NCBI GenBank assembly: GCA_964348225.1
Contig: CAYGBM010000035.1
Coordinates: 9,425-73,424 of the forward strand
Reading direction: 5' to 3'
Origin: an uncultured Candidatus Saccharibacteria bacterium
GTDB lineage: Bacteria > Patescibacteriota > Minisyncoccia > Minisyncoccales > CG1-02-41-26
Length of the DNA: 64,000 bases
Made by a program: the position numbers and the translations under genes. The stretch's first letter is position 1; each line of letters begins with the position of its first letter. Shown one piece after another: positions 17,195-27,573 of this stretch. The notes under the pieces were generated by a model. It saw nothing but the letters and a program-made list of their open reading frames with translations. It searched no databases and was not told the DNA's origin.

Positions 17195-19402
17195 TTATTT
17201 TTTTGGTTTTCTTCTTGGTCTTTTTCCCTTGGGCGATCCACCTCCTCCACCCTTTCCTGGGGGAGGGGGTTTTTCCTTGCCCGTAGCTTCTCGGTAAGCT
17301 TCAACAATTAGTTTTATCATAAATCCCAAAAAGCCCATTCTACTCCTGACTGCCCCTTCCCAGTCGTCACGGGAAACATACCTACTGATTGCTTTCATTG
17401 CTTTTTCTTCATCCTCAAAGGTAATGCCCTCATCCTCAAGGCGATCAACCAACCATTCCCTGGTATTGGCATCGTATCTGGCTGGCATCTCAGCATAAGG
17501 TCCTTTACGATTGAAAACTTTGGCAATGAACTCATCAGCCTCAACCCCTTTCTCTTCAGCAAATTCTTCAAGCTCCTTTAAATCTCTCTCTCCTTCTTCA
17601 GTTTTGGCTAAAACACCCTCTACTTCTTCAGCCCAGAGTATTTCTTTTATTCTTTGATGCACCTCTTGCATTGTTTTGCCTGCTCTTTCTGGAGAACGGG
17701 CTATATCTTCAAACTTCATTTTCAGGTTATCCTCAATCATCCACTGGGCTGTCCTACCGCCTTCGTTCATTACTAAAGCATTGTATTCTTTGTCCCATTC
17801 TTTGGCCAATTTTTCTTTTTCCTCTTCTATATCTTTCCGATATTTTTCTGCCAAGTCATTCAAGAATTGTTTACGTTTTTTTTCTGTTTTAAATTTCTCG
17901 CCGGTTTCTTCATTCTCCACTACGAACCCGTGCCACACACCACGCCCTGACTTAAAATCGCTTGGTTTGTGGCCATCTTTAATAAGCTGAAGGGTTGTTT
18001 CTTCTAAAACAACAACACCTGGCTCCCGTCTTTCAAAGATCTTGGCAAAAGCGCTGGTTATCTGAGCTACTTGCTCTTTGGCAAATTCTATTTTGGCTTT
18101 GTCATTGTCAAGTGCGTGCCCCCGCTCTTTGGCAAAGTCCTCCCATTTCTTTTCTGAAAGAGCATTAATTTTGCCAAACATGTCTTCTTCTATTAATTTG
18201 CTGTTTCTTATCCGTTTCTCGCCAGCATATTCCTCTTTTGAGCCAAGCTGCTCCTCAATCCTTTCTTGGGCAGCCTCCCGGATAATGTCCTTCCAATCTC
18301 CCAGCCCTTCCGCAGCCTCTTTTTTAGCTTCCTCTACTAAATCTCTACCTGTAATACCTTCTACCAACTTCTTGTTAAGCTCTATCAGGTCGCTTTTCTC
18401 CTGCGCAAGGTGACCTTTCTCTTTATCGTCTGTTGCCCTTGTAATCTTTTCTTTGATGCGGTCTATTCTTGTATTAAGAGCGTCTATTACAGCAAATTGA
18501 GCATCCATGGCTATGGTCTTTCTTCCGCCAAGATAATTTTTCAAGCCTATGGCATTGTTCAAATCTTGCAGCACCTCCTCTCTTTCTTCAAGCCTGTCTT
18601 TGAATTCACGCTTTTGCCTAAGCTCATCAAAAGCCCCTGCCTGTTCAGCCAGGGTTGCTTTTTTCTCATCAGCAATGTCTAAATCAGGGTCAATGCCCAA
18701 TTCAGCTAACCTCTCGTCATCCCTGTGCTCGTCGAACCAATCCTTAAGAAAGGCAACTTGCACCTCATCAAGCCCTCTTTGCCTGTCTTTTATTTCCTCC
18801 CCCAAGGCTTTTTTAATTGATCCTTTCAGATCGCTCTCAATTTCAAGGCTTCCCCGAAGCACTCGAGAAACCTTTTTTTCTACCTGTTCTGCTGTAATCT
18901 CCCAAGAAAGATAATCAAACTCATCTTTAATATCTGCTTCCCTAACAACGTGCTCTTCTTCCTCAAGGTACAAGCCCTCAATTCTTTCTCTGCCAGCTTC
19001 TTTTTCTGACTCCTCTTCAGCAAATTCAATGGAAAGTCTTGCTTTATCAATGGTTTTTTCAAGCCTCTCTCTTGACACACCTAAAAGGTCTGCTGCTTTC
19101 TCAATTTCCCCCCTAAGGAGAAGGCCTCCGATTTTTACCATGAAGTCTGCCTCTTCTCGATTAAGCTTTTTTTCTCCAAAACGTCCTGACCTTATATCTG
19201 CCACCACTCTCTGGTATTCCCCTGATGTTAAGAAGGGTTTTTCTTCTCCTTTGCCTTCTCCCCTTTCTTGCTTTTTTGCTCCTGAGGCGCCACTCTCAGA
19301 AGATTCAGAAGCTCTGCTTTTCCGTCCTGAGGGATTCCTTTTGGCTTCTTCCAACTCCTCGTCTGTCATCCACCTAAATTCAGATTCTGGTATTTTTGGC
19401 AT
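17195..19402 (-). CDS. hypothetical highly charged (E/K-rich) coiled-coil protein with basic Gly-rich C-terminus
   Basis: 735-aa ORF. Strong codon-level coherence, ends PPPPGKGGGGGSPKGKRPRRKPKK. No family recognised. Confidence 0.5.
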   Translation of the reverse strand: MPKIPESEFRWMTDEELEEAKRNPSGRKSRASESSESGASGAKKQERGEGKGEEKPFLTSGEYQRVVADIRSGRFGEKKLNREEADFMVKIGGLLLRGEIEKAADLLGVSRERLEKTIDKARLSIEFAEEESEKEAGRERIEGLYLEEEEHVVREADIKDEFDYLSWEITAEQVEKKVSRVLRGSLEIESDLKGSIKKALGEEIKDRQRGLDEVQVAFLKDWFDEHRDDERLAELGIDPDLDIADEKKATLAEQAGAFDELRQKREFKDRLEEREEVLQDLNNAIGLKNYLGGRKTIAMDAQFAVIDALNTRIDRIKEKITRATDDKEKGHLAQEKSDLIELNKKLVEGITGRDLVEEAKKEAAEGLGDWKDIIREAAQERIEEQLGSKEEYAGEKRIRNSKLIEEDMFGKINALSEKKWEDFAKERGHALDNDKAKIEFAKEQVAQITSAFAKIFERREPGVVVLEETTLQLIKDGHKPSDFKSGRGVWHGFVVENEETGEKFKTEKKRKQFLNDLAEKYRKDIEEEKEKLAKEWDKEYNALVMNEGGRTAQWMIEDNLKMKFEDIARSPERAGKTMQEVHQRIKEILWAEEVEGVLAKTEEGERDLKELEEFAEEKGVEADEFIAKVFNRKGPYAEMPARYDANTREWLVDRLEDEGITFEDEEKAMKAISRYVSRDDWEGAVRSRMGFLGFMIKLIVEAYREATGKEKPPPPGKGGGGGSPKGKRPRRKPKK

Positions 19403-19502
19403 AGTTATAATTTATTTCTTATATATTTCAGTGTATCCTTGCAATTGCTTAGTGTCAAGAAAGTCTTGTAAAAATTATTCTTATTTGCTACCATTTATCT
19501 AT

Positions 19503-19769
19503 ATGCCTATCACAAAGTCAGCTAAAAAAGCATTGAGGGGGAGCAAGAAAAAGCAGAAAAGGAATATTCAAAGGAAAAGAAAATTAAAAAGCCTTATTAA
19601 AGAGGCAAGGAATTTGGTTAAAGAGAAAAAAACAGAGGAAGCGAAAAAGCTTCTTCCTCAAATATACAAAGCGCTTGATAAAACAGCCAAGAAAGGAACC
19701 ATAAAGAAAAATGCTGCTTCTCGCAAAAAATCAAGGATAACTAAGTTAATAAACAAAGCTAAACCTTAA
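19503..19769 (+). CDS. rpsT: 30S ribosomal protein S20
   Basis: MPITKSAKKALRGSKKKQKRNIQRKRKLKSLIKEARNLV... is typical S20. The track ORF 19029-19769 is an artefactual 5' extension antisense to the neighbouring gene. Confidence 0.85.
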   Translation: MPITKSAKKALRGSKKKQKRNIQRKRKLKSLIKEARNLVKEKKTEEAKKLLPQIYKALDKTAKKGTIKKNAASRKKSRITKLINKAKP

Positions 19770-20749
19770 ATTTCAGCAACCAGCATACGTAGTCCTTGTT
19801 CAGGGTTTATCTTTCCGGTTTTGATATTCAAGTCTGCCTCAAAAATTTTCTGGTAGATTTTTTTTAGTTCTTCCAAGGAAAACCTTGCTATAAGATGCAT
19901 TGTTTTTTTAACAACAAAGGGGTGCATATCAAGCTTTTTACTCAAATTATTTGCTGTTGCCCAATAGACAGTGGCCCCAGACTGTGGTACTTGAGATTTA
20001 ACAAGCAAGAGATTGCGAAATTGAAAGGTTATCATTTTTAAAAGATAAAGCGGGCTTTCTCCCTTATCCAAGTGTTTCTGGAGCAGGTGGAGGGCTGTTT
20101 TTTTCTCCTTTCTGGCTAAAGCTTCAATTGTTTTGAAAATTTCAGTTTCAAGCTTTGGCTTTATAAATAATTCAATATCTTTTTCTTTAATAATGGGAGT
20201 TGCCTTGGGTGATCTCGAAAAAGCTGGGGTTTTTTTGTAAGCTGCCAGTTTTTTAATTTCGTTTGAAAGCTGCCAAAGATCAAAGCCCACAAAAGCAATG
20301 AGCTGATTTAAAGCAGTGCCTTCTATCTCTGTTTCATGCTTTGCAAATTCGCGCTCAGCCCATCTTTTTATTTTTTGGCCTGTTAAGATTTCAAAATTCT
20401 GGCACTTGGCAGTTTTTTGCAAGGCTTTGAAAAGCTTATCTGTTTTTTTGACCTCTCCCTTTTCAATTACCACAACAACATCTTGAGATTCTGAAATCTC
20501 CCCCGTCTTTTTCAAGAAGTCTTTTTTAAATTGCTCTTGAGAAAAAACATTTTCCAAGAAAAACAGCTTTTTCTTAACAAACATTGAACGTTGAAAAAGG
20601 CGATCCCAGAATTCCTTAAAGCTGCTCTGCCCTACATCAATCTTCTCCAAATTCAAAGCGCTTTTGTGCACTTTTCTGTATTGCGCCTCAATCTCCTTCA
20701 CTTTTTGAATTAAACGGTAGGTATCTTTTCCGTACAAAAAAATTAACAT
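19766..20749 (-). CDS. holA: DNA polymerase III delta subunit
   Basis: MLIFLYGKDTYRLIQKVKEIE N-terminus. Length 327 aa and helical C-terminal region consistent with HolA. Confidence 0.6.
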   Translation of the reverse strand: MLIFLYGKDTYRLIQKVKEIEAQYRKVHKSALNLEKIDVGQSSFKEFWDRLFQRSMFVKKKLFFLENVFSQEQFKKDFLKKTGEISESQDVVVVIEKGEVKKTDKLFKALQKTAKCQNFEILTGQKIKRWAEREFAKHETEIEGTALNQLIAFVGFDLWQLSNEIKKLAAYKKTPAFSRSPKATPIIKEKDIELFIKPKLETEIFKTIEALARKEKKTALHLLQKHLDKGESPLYLLKMITFQFRNLLLVKSQVPQSGATVYWATANNLSKKLDMHPFVVKKTMHLIARFSLEELKKIYQKIFEADLNIKTGKINPEQGLRMLVAEI

Positions 20750-20757
20750 AAAAATAA

Positions 20758-20875
20758 TCTAAAATCTAAAAATGAAAATCTAAAAACTACATCTAAAAAG
20801 TTAAATCATTTTTAGCCTCACAGTTTTTAGATCTTAATTGCAGTTTTTACTTTTTAGATTTAAATTTTTAGATTA
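20758..20875. repeat. long imperfect palindrome built from (atctaaaaa)n ... (tttttagat)n
   Basis: Four atctaaaa-type units, then their reverse complements, between holA start and mutM stop. Hairpin-forming intergenic element. Confidence 0.45.
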
Positions 20876-21751
20876 TGTTTGGCATTTAGGACAGAAATGA
20901 GCACTCCTCCCACCAAGCTTAATTCTTTTGATTTCAGCGCCGCATCGCAGGCATTTTTCTTTTGCTCTTCTATAAACCTTTATCACTTCACCGAACCTGC
21001 CCTTCTCTCCTGTGGGAATGCGGTAGTCAGAAACAGATGTACCTTTGAGTTCAATCGCTTTTTTCAAAATCCTTTTCATTGCAAGGTATATCTTTTTTAA
21101 CTCCTCGCTGCTTAACTTGCTTGTTTTACCGAAAGGATTTACGTTAGCTGCAAACAGAATCTCATCAGAATAAATATTGCCAATGCCAGCAATAATCCGT
21201 TGATCCATCAAAACTTGCTTGATTTTACCTCCCTTGTCTTTCAGTCTTGCTTTAAACTGGTTTAAAGTCAAGCTCTTTGATAAAGCGTCCGGGCCTAACT
21301 CCTTAAATTGCTTTGAATTAATTAAATCTTTTGTCTGCCAAAGCTCTACCTTGGCAAACTTCCTCAAATCAGAAAGGGCAATTTGGGATTTATTGTCAAG
21401 AAAAAAAATCAGGTGCAAGAATCTATTCATGGGGTCATTCTCTAAAGGGGTTCCTTTCTCAGCCTGCCACTGGCCCTTTTTGTTTTTTTTCCATCGCCCA
21501 TAAAGCAGATGCCCGGTCAGCTTTTGATGAACTAGAAGAGAAAAGCCCCCTGACAAATCAAAAATGATATTTTTGCCCCTCCTCCATATTTTCTTGATTT
21601 TCCTGCCCTTAATTTCTCTTCTAAATTTCTCAAAGCTTAGGGGTTTTTTAATAATCTTCGGAGCGTCTGTCCAAATATCAAAAAAGGCTCTGCCCAGAAC
21701 CTTTTTTCTTAAGCCTTGAATTGTTGTTTCTACCTCAGGAAGCTCTGGCAT
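20873..21751 (-). CDS. mutM: formamidopyrimidine-DNA glycosylase
   Basis: MPELPEVETTIQGL N-terminus (catalytic Pro2, Glu3). C-terminal zinc finger CLRCGAEIKRIKLGGRSAHFCPKCQ. Confidence 0.9.
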   Translation of the reverse strand: MPELPEVETTIQGLRKKVLGRAFFDIWTDAPKIIKKPLSFEKFRREIKGRKIKKIWRRGKNIIFDLSGGFSLLVHQKLTGHLLYGRWKKNKKGQWQAEKGTPLENDPMNRFLHLIFFLDNKSQIALSDLRKFAKVELWQTKDLINSKQFKELGPDALSKSLTLNQFKARLKDKGGKIKQVLMDQRIIAGIGNIYSDEILFAANVNPFGKTSKLSSEELKKIYLAMKRILKKAIELKGTSVSDYRIPTGEKGRFGEVIKVYRRAKEKCLRCGAEIKRIKLGGRSAHFCPKCQT

Positions 21752-21868
21752 TTATTTTGCAAGCTCAATATATTCCCACAAAGAATGGGGCTTTTCATTT
21801 TTTGATTAAGAACCCCTTTGTCCCTGCTCCATAACAGACACTCTGGCTCAGAGCTTAGAGCCAATAAA

Positions 21869-22261
21869 CTATTTCTCTCCAAGGGATTGTTTTATCTTTC
21901 CGATAATCTCGTTCGGAGTAAAGTGGGCTTTAACCAAGTAATCAACAGCCCCCAGCTTCAACCCTCGCTCAACATCCTCTCTCTGCCCCAAGTTAGAGAG
22001 AATAATTACTGGAATGGAACTTAAGGCAGGGTCGTTCTTCATCTGTGTTAAAACCTCAAAGCCATCTATGCCTGGCAGGATTAAATCTAATAACACCAGG
22101 TCTGGCTTTTTTTCTTTCAACGTCTTCAATCCTTTTTCTCCATCCACTGCCTCCAGAATATCAAATTTCTCTGAGACAAGTTTCCTGGCAATAAGTTCTC
22201 TTAAGAATCTATCGTCTTCAATGATGAGTATTTTTTTCATATTATGGGTTTTAATCGCCAC
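21869..22261 (-). CDS. single-domain response regulator (CheY-like receiver)
   Basis: KKILIIEDDRFLRELIARKL...PDLVLLDLILPGIDGFEV. Conserved DD/D/K positions. Confidence 0.8.
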   Translation of the reverse strand: MAIKTHNMKKILIIEDDRFLRELIARKLVSEKFDILEAVDGEKGLKTLKEKKPDLVLLDLILPGIDGFEVLTQMKNDPALSSIPVIILSNLGQREDVERGLKLGAVDYLVKAHFTPNEIIGKIKQSLGEK

Positions 22262-22311
22262 TCGCCTCAGTCAAATTTCTTTAGACTTTTAGCGAGCGAA
22301 TTATAAATTAA

Positions 22312-22680
22312 TTAACCTATCTGTTTTTTAACTTTTTCGAGCACCTCTTGCGGATCGAACTCAGTCTTAATCAACCAATCTTTTGCCCCCAACTCTCTCG
22401 CTTTGTCAAGCTCAACGGGCTGTCCAGAGTTTGAAATAACAATCACTGGAATCTCCTTTAACTCTTTGTTTTTTTGCATATCTGCCAGCACTTCAAAGCC
22501 TCCTTTTTTGGGCATTATTATATCCAACAGAATCAGGTCTGGTTTTTTCTCTTCCATCATTAGCAATCCTTCTTCTCCATCATTGGCAACAACAACCTCA
22601 TACCCTTGGTTGGCTAATTTCCTTTGCAACAGGCTGTACATTATCTCTTCGTCTTCAATAATTAAAACCTTTTTAGCCAT
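22312..22680 (-). CDS. single-domain response regulator (CheY-like receiver)
   Basis: KKVLIIEDEEIMYSLLQRKL...PDLILLDIIMPKKGGFEV. Confidence 0.8.
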   Translation of the reverse strand: MAKKVLIIEDEEIMYSLLQRKLANQGYEVVVANDGEEGLLMMEEKKPDLILLDIIMPKKGGFEVLADMQKNKELKEIPVIVISNSGQPVELDKARELGAKDWLIKTEFDPQEVLEKVKKQIG

Positions 22681-22854
22681 AAGTTTATTTTAGGTGACCT
22701 TTAAAATTTTTTCCAGCAAGCCAATGCGCTTTTAGACTTCATCTCCCCTTCTTTATCTTATCATAGAAATTATAGAAATTGAAGTCTTTTGCCTGATAGC
22801 ACAAAATGGCAAGCGGCAAAAAAGATATTCTTTCTTTTTGGATGACTGGGCTTT

Positions 22855-24471
22855 TTAGAACCCAACAAGAAACTTTTTAAATTCCTCTTCCGACCTAACA
22901 GGTATTGTGAAGTAAAAGGTAGTGCCTTTTTTCTCCTCGGATTCAAACCAAATTTTCCCTCCATGGGCTTCAATAATGTTTTTGGCAATGAAAAGACCCA
23001 GCCCTGTTCCTTCTGTTTCCGCTTTTATAGCGTTGGCTGCTCTAAAAAATCTCGAGAACACTCTTTTGTGTTGGCTTTTTGGTATGCCAATGCCTGAATC
23101 TCGAACCTCGAATAAGAATTGCTTCTCTTCTTTCGAGTATTCCAGAGAGACCTTAATCTTTCCTGTTTTTGTATAATTCACTGCGTTGTCTATCACATTT
23201 TGAATAACAAAGGCCATTTTTTCCTGGTCAATGGGAAGCTTGGGAGGCCTCCCTCTCGGCTTTTCGAACTCAAATTCAATCTTCTTTTTCTTGGCAACCT
23301 CTCTGAACGGAAAAAGCATTTTTTCTGTTAAAGCAACCAGATCTGTTGTCTGAATTCTGTATAAGAACCTTCCCTCCTCAATCCGGGTTACATTCAACAG
23401 GTCGTTAATCAATTTTATCATTCTTTCATTGCTGGTGTATGTTTTTTCTAAGAACCTCCTCTGGGTATCAGATACCGGTCCTAAGTCTCCGTCTAAGAAC
23501 ATTCTCAAAATCCATTTAATAGCACTAAGCGGTGTTCTTAATTGGTGAGCGGTAATAGAAACAAACTCTGTTTTCATGCTTTCGATAATCTTCTCCCTAG
23601 TAATTTCGTGCAGAATAACCATCATACCCCTTTCTTGCCCCTCCCGAACCACAGGAATGGTAGAAACCTCCAAAATCAAATCTTCGTGCAAACGAAGCTC
23701 CTCTCTAAAAAGGGTTGTGCCTTTTTCTTTGAATAATTTTATTAGAGGGCTGATCTTTGGATGCCCTTCAAGCTCAAGGATCTTCTTTCCCTTTACTTCT
23801 TCTTCTGTTAAGCCGAAAAATTCCTGAGCCCTGGGATTTAAAATAGCAATCTCCTCTCTCTCTGTCACCAAAAGAGCGTCGCTAAAGTTTTCAATAATCG
23901 CTAACGTTCTGTCTCTCTCTCTTTCCGCCTCAGCTCTTGCCGCCTCAACATCCTCCAGGATATTCATCAGGGCTTTCCTTGAAGAAATAAGCTCTCTGGT
24001 GCTATCCTCCAAAGCGGCAGTCCTCTGCTGAACCCTGTTTTCTAAGTTTTCTTCAAGCTTCTTAAAGTCACTAATGTCAATAAGCCCCACAAAATATCCT
24101 ATGTAATTTCCTTCCTTGTCATTCCTTCGGCTAGCCCAAATAACCACTGGGATCTTCTCCTTCGCTTTGCTAAGCAAAACCATCTCTCTTTCGATGGCGC
24201 CTTCTTTCTCCTGAATTTTTCTTTCGAGCTTATCAATCTCTTCTTTTTGTAAAAAAATTGACCGCAAAGGCTGCCCCACCATCTCAATCAAACTATAGCT
24301 GCTCAGTCGTTCAAAGCTCTTGTTTACGTCAATAACTATCCCTAAGGGATTAACACTAATAACCGAAATTGGCAGAAAAGCAGCCAGTTCTCTGACATAC
24401 CACTCCAAATCTTCAAGGTCGCTCTGAAGGCTATCAAGCTCCTCTTGAATTGGTTTTTTTTGCTCAACCAT
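22855..24471 (-). CDS. PAS-domain sensor histidine kinase
   Basis: H-box ITAHQLRTPLSAIKW. ATP-lid GTGLGLFIAKNIIEAHGGKIWFESEEKKGTTFYFTIP. N-terminal PAS-like region and S-helix-type linker (RVQQRTAALEDSTRELISSRKALMNILEDVEAA). Confidence 0.85.
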   Translation of the reverse strand: MVEQKKPIQEELDSLQSDLEDLEWYVRELAAFLPISVISVNPLGIVIDVNKSFERLSSYSLIEMVGQPLRSIFLQKEEIDKLERKIQEKEGAIEREMVLLSKAKEKIPVVIWASRRNDKEGNYIGYFVGLIDISDFKKLEENLENRVQQRTAALEDSTRELISSRKALMNILEDVEAARAEAERERDRTLAIIENFSDALLVTEREEIAILNPRAQEFFGLTEEEVKGKKILELEGHPKISPLIKLFKEKGTTLFREELRLHEDLILEVSTIPVVREGQERGMMVILHEITREKIIESMKTEFVSITAHQLRTPLSAIKWILRMFLDGDLGPVSDTQRRFLEKTYTSNERMIKLINDLLNVTRIEEGRFLYRIQTTDLVALTEKMLFPFREVAKKKKIEFEFEKPRGRPPKLPIDQEKMAFVIQNVIDNAVNYTKTGKIKVSLEYSKEEKQFLFEVRDSGIGIPKSQHKRVFSRFFRAANAIKAETEGTGLGLFIAKNIIEAHGGKIWFESEEKKGTTFYFTIPVRSEEEFKKFLVGF

Positions 24472-24528
24472 TATCTTTTATCCACCTAAAGCGCCTATAA
24501 TCTGTTTAGTTAAAGGTGAAGGAATTTT

Positions 24529-25131
24529 TCATTCCCACTGAAACAAAAAGTCATGAGAGGAATCTCCTCGGTGCATGCATTTTGTTTCTTTGATAGTAAT
24601 CTTCGGGCTTTTGATTACATACTGGGCAATTCTCAAAAAATATCCTGCCTCATAGGCACAAAAAATCGGATGAAGTTTTATGCCTTCAATGCGAATAACA
24701 ATCCATTTCTTGTCTTCGTGCAATTCAGGGTTTGAAATTTTACCTGCTGTCCAATGCTTGCCCCAATAGATTGGAATCTGAGAAACTGATTTCTTGAGCG
24801 AAACAAAATACTTCAATAGCATCTTCACTATGATAGAGAACTTTGGGGCGAGGTTTCCCATATCAAATATTTCTTTCTCTCCCCAGTTAAAGATTCTGGC
24901 TATGGCTATAAGCGAAATTGCCCTTAAGCCAGCTGGATACCATCCAAGCGACTTTATACTTCCATAGTCAATAGGGTGGCCCATTTTTTTTGTTTCTTCC
25001 TCAACTTGTTTTAACCCCTCCCTTCCTTTCTTTTCTAAAACATATTGAGAATCGGTTTGAAAAACCGCTCCCCGCACCTCTCCCTTTGTTTGCATTATAC
25101 TGTCTATTTCTCGTTGGGTAATTGCCTTCAT
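24529..25131 (-). CDS. conserved ~200-aa sensor-associated protein, paralog A
   Basis: Collinear with the 25855-26463 protein (KG-VRG-VFQTD--Y-L ... MG--APK-SIIVK ... QIP-YW-KH-T-G ... HPI-C--AGYF ... T-C). Possibly a DUF2378/V4R-like ligand-binding fold, which is unverified. Confidence 0.5.
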   Translation of the reverse strand: MKAITQREIDSIMQTKGEVRGAVFQTDSQYVLEKKGREGLKQVEEETKKMGHPIDYGSIKSLGWYPAGLRAISLIAIARIFNWGEKEIFDMGNLAPKFSIIVKMLLKYFVSLKKSVSQIPIYWGKHWTAGKISNPELHEDKKWIVIRIEGIKLHPIFCAYEAGYFLRIAQYVIKSPKITIKETKCMHRGDSSHDFLFQWE

Positions 25132-25133
25132 AA

Positions 25134-25730
25134 TTAATGAAAGATTTGTTTAACTTGCTCGGTGCCCAGGCTTTCTCCTGAGCCCTTTTTAAGCTTCATT
25201 AACGCGTTGCGAGCCCCTTCAAGTTCCTTTTTTAACTCTGCCATTTTCACTTCTCTCCCAACCATCAACCTGTTCATTGTTTCCAATTCCTCTATCTTTT
25301 CCCGAAGCTCGCTTTCTGTTTCCTTTATCAGGCTGACGTCAACAAACGAAAAAAGAAAGCCTACGGTCTCGCCCTTCTCGTCTTCCCTGACAATAGCAGA
25401 AACAAGGGCTGTAATTTCTTCTTTTCCTTCAGCCCTCAATGAAACTTCAAAATTCAGAATTTTCCTTTCTTTTAAAAGCTTTTCTGAAAAATCTTTAAAC
25501 TCTGGTTTCTTCTGAAAGATAATATCAAGAAAACTACCAATAAGTTCGTCTTTTTTATAACCAAAGAGACGATCAAAGGCTGAGCCTGTCTCAAGAATAA
25601 CAAAAAGGGGATTAGTAAGACAAACAGGAATCGGCAAAATTTCCCAAAAGCTTTTAATATACCATTCCAGGTCCTGGAGGTCTTCTATGAGCTCTTTTTC
25701 CCGTTTTTCAAAAAAATCTTTTTTAACCAA
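25134..25730 (-). CDS. PAS-like domain protein without kinase domain, with C-terminal coiled-coil motif
   Basis: N-terminus homologous to the N-terminus of the histidine kinase (LEWYIKSFWEILPIPV vs LEWYVRELAAFLPISV). Ends with NRLMVGREVKMAELKKELEGARNAL, a motif shared with the 26529-27485 protein. Confidence 0.6.
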   Translation of the reverse strand: MVKKDFFEKREKELIEDLQDLEWYIKSFWEILPIPVCLTNPLFVILETGSAFDRLFGYKKDELIGSFLDIIFQKKPEFKDFSEKLLKERKILNFEVSLRAEGKEEITALVSAIVREDEKGETVGFLFSFVDVSLIKETESELREKIEELETMNRLMVGREVKMAELKKELEGARNALMKLKKGSGESLGTEQVKQIFH

Positions 25731-25854
25731 AATTATTCATCAGCCAACATTAAAACTAGTAAATAGTCTTAAGAACACTACTTACTACTTACATATTTAC
25801 TACTCACCCCGTTAGAAATTTGTAAATTTCTAACGGGGCTTACTAATTGCTCCG

Positions 25855-26463
25855 CTACTTTGTCCACTCGATTTTATACTCCTCAAAGGGAGTATTGTCC
25901 AGCATTGAACACTTCATTTCAGTGCAAGTAACTACTGAGCCTTTAGGTCTTGTCAGTTGTACTGTTTTGGCAAAGTATCCTGCAAAATAGTGCTTGCACA
26001 AGATGGGATGAAAAGAAAAGTCCTTCAAGCGCAGAAGCATGCTTTTGCTCTCTTTATGCAATTTTACAACCTCAAGCTCACCGGATGTGTAGTGCTTCCT
26101 CCAGTATTTAGGCACCTGTTCTGCAAACTTTTCAATATCAGGAAAAAGCTTAAAAAACAGCTTTACTATTATTGATACCTTGGGGGCATTTTCTCCCATC
26201 TTTTTTATATCCTCATCGCCCCATCCAAAGGATTCTTTTGCTGCCAAAAGAGAAAGGACACGCCAGGCAACAGGATACCAGGCCATCGGCTTTATGTCTC
26301 TGTAAATAAAGTTCACGCCCCACTCCTTCAGCTTTTCTTCCACCTTACTGAGCCCCTCTGCTTCTGCCTGCTTTAAAATATAATCAGCATCTGTTTGAAA
26401 GACTACACCACGGACATCTCCTTTTTTCTTTAAGATTTTTTCGATTTCCTCGTTTGTTGGCAT
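25855..26463 (-). CDS. conserved ~200-aa sensor-associated protein, paralog B
   Basis: See paralog A; 202 aa. Confidence 0.5.
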   Translation of the reverse strand: MPTNEEIEKILKKKGDVRGVVFQTDADYILKQAEAEGLSKVEEKLKEWGVNFIYRDIKPMAWYPVAWRVLSLLAAKESFGWGDEDIKKMGENAPKVSIIVKLFFKLFPDIEKFAEQVPKYWRKHYTSGELEVVKLHKESKSMLLRLKDFSFHPILCKHYFAGYFAKTVQLTRPKGSVVTCTEMKCSMLDNTPFEEYKIEWTK

Positions 26464-26528
26464 TTGTATCTTTAGTTTCTCTTAATTTAATGCTCGACCT
26501 TTGCCAGGTTTTACCCCTTTGAAGGGTT

Positions 26529-27485
26529 CTATTTTTTGCGAGGCTTGCTTGCTTTTCCCCTTATTTCTTCTCTTAGTCTTTCAACCTCTTTCTTTAGATC
26601 TATCATTTTCAGCTCTCTTCCAACAGTTAATCTATGAAACTCTTCTAGTTCGTCAACTCTTTCTTGAAGCTCTTCTGTTCTTTCTTTAACTTTCTCCTCT
26701 AGGCTGGCGGTCAGATCTTGTAGCTCTTTGGTCCGGGATTGGACTTTTATTGCGAGAGTCTCTTTGGATTCTTCCAAGCCGCGGCAAGCCACTTCTCTTT
26801 CTTCTGCCATTATGTTAATAGCCTTACCTACTTCTTCAATCTCATCTCCGGTTTTTATTTTAACCCTATGGCTGAAGTCTTCCTTGCCGAGAATGCCCAG
26901 GTCTTTGATGAGCATTTTTAACGGCGCTGTTATTCTTCTTGAGAAATAAAAAACCACGAAACTAATCACAATAACAATTAATACTAACGAGGCCATGCTC
27001 AGAAGAATAATCTCCCATTGAGCATTTCTTAATTGCTGAAAAGAAACACCCAGCAACAAAGTCCATGGTTTTTCTCTAAGTTCAATATTCAAGGGCTGGC
27101 CTATCAACTTAATTCTCTCTCCCTGAAAAGAACTATTTCGGATTTTTTCTTCTTCTAAGCCTAAAAATGGGTCCTGAATAATCCTGCCTATCATTTCTGG
27201 TTCGTTGGCCCAAAAGATCTGCCCGCTAGGCTTAACAACCCAAAGAAGCAAAATGTCCTCAGCATCGCTTATCATTTTCAATGTCTTGTATGGCCAAAGT
27301 CCTTTTATATAACCGCTTTCAGCCTCGTGAGTAATTACTTGGACTAAGAGACGGTTCCGCTGGAGCATCTCTGTCGCCTCTGTGTTAAGATAATAATTTA
27401 CCAATACTAAAAACGCTAAACAAATAGCTAAAATACTGCATAAAACGCCCAATTTCCAGATTTTCCAAAAAACTCCCCGGAACAT
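26529..27485 (-). CDS. membrane-anchored sensor protein (2 TM + periplasmic region + HAMP-like + coiled coil), no kinase domain
   Basis: N-terminal TM (VLCSILAICLAFLVLVNYYL), second TM (IILLSMASLVLIVIVISFVVFYF) followed by a HAMP-like RRITAPLKMLIKDLGILGKEDFSHRVK. C-terminal HRLTVGRELKMIDLKKEVERLREEI. Confidence 0.55.
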   Translation of the reverse strand: MFRGVFWKIWKLGVLCSILAICLAFLVLVNYYLNTEATEMLQRNRLLVQVITHEAESGYIKGLWPYKTLKMISDAEDILLLWVVKPSGQIFWANEPEMIGRIIQDPFLGLEEEKIRNSSFQGERIKLIGQPLNIELREKPWTLLLGVSFQQLRNAQWEIILLSMASLVLIVIVISFVVFYFSRRITAPLKMLIKDLGILGKEDFSHRVKIKTGDEIEEVGKAINIMAEEREVACRGLEESKETLAIKVQSRTKELQDLTASLEEKVKERTEELQERVDELEEFHRLTVGRELKMIDLKKEVERLREEIRGKASKPRKK

Positions 27486-27573
27486 TTCTGACCTGCCAAA
27501 ACTCTCTTGGCAAACTAAGTATACGGTCCAAACCGTTGAAGATTTAGACGACCTGATTAAAATTTAATTCAGC

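Noticed and set aside
19029-19769. 246-aa plus-strand ORF
   Set aside because: Only the last 88 codons are ribosomal protein S20. The upstream 158 codons run antisense through the 735-aa gene and its promoter region.
22770-22988. 72-aa minus-strand ORF at the histidine kinase 3' end
   Set aside because: It is out of frame with and overlaps the well-supported histidine-kinase C-terminus.
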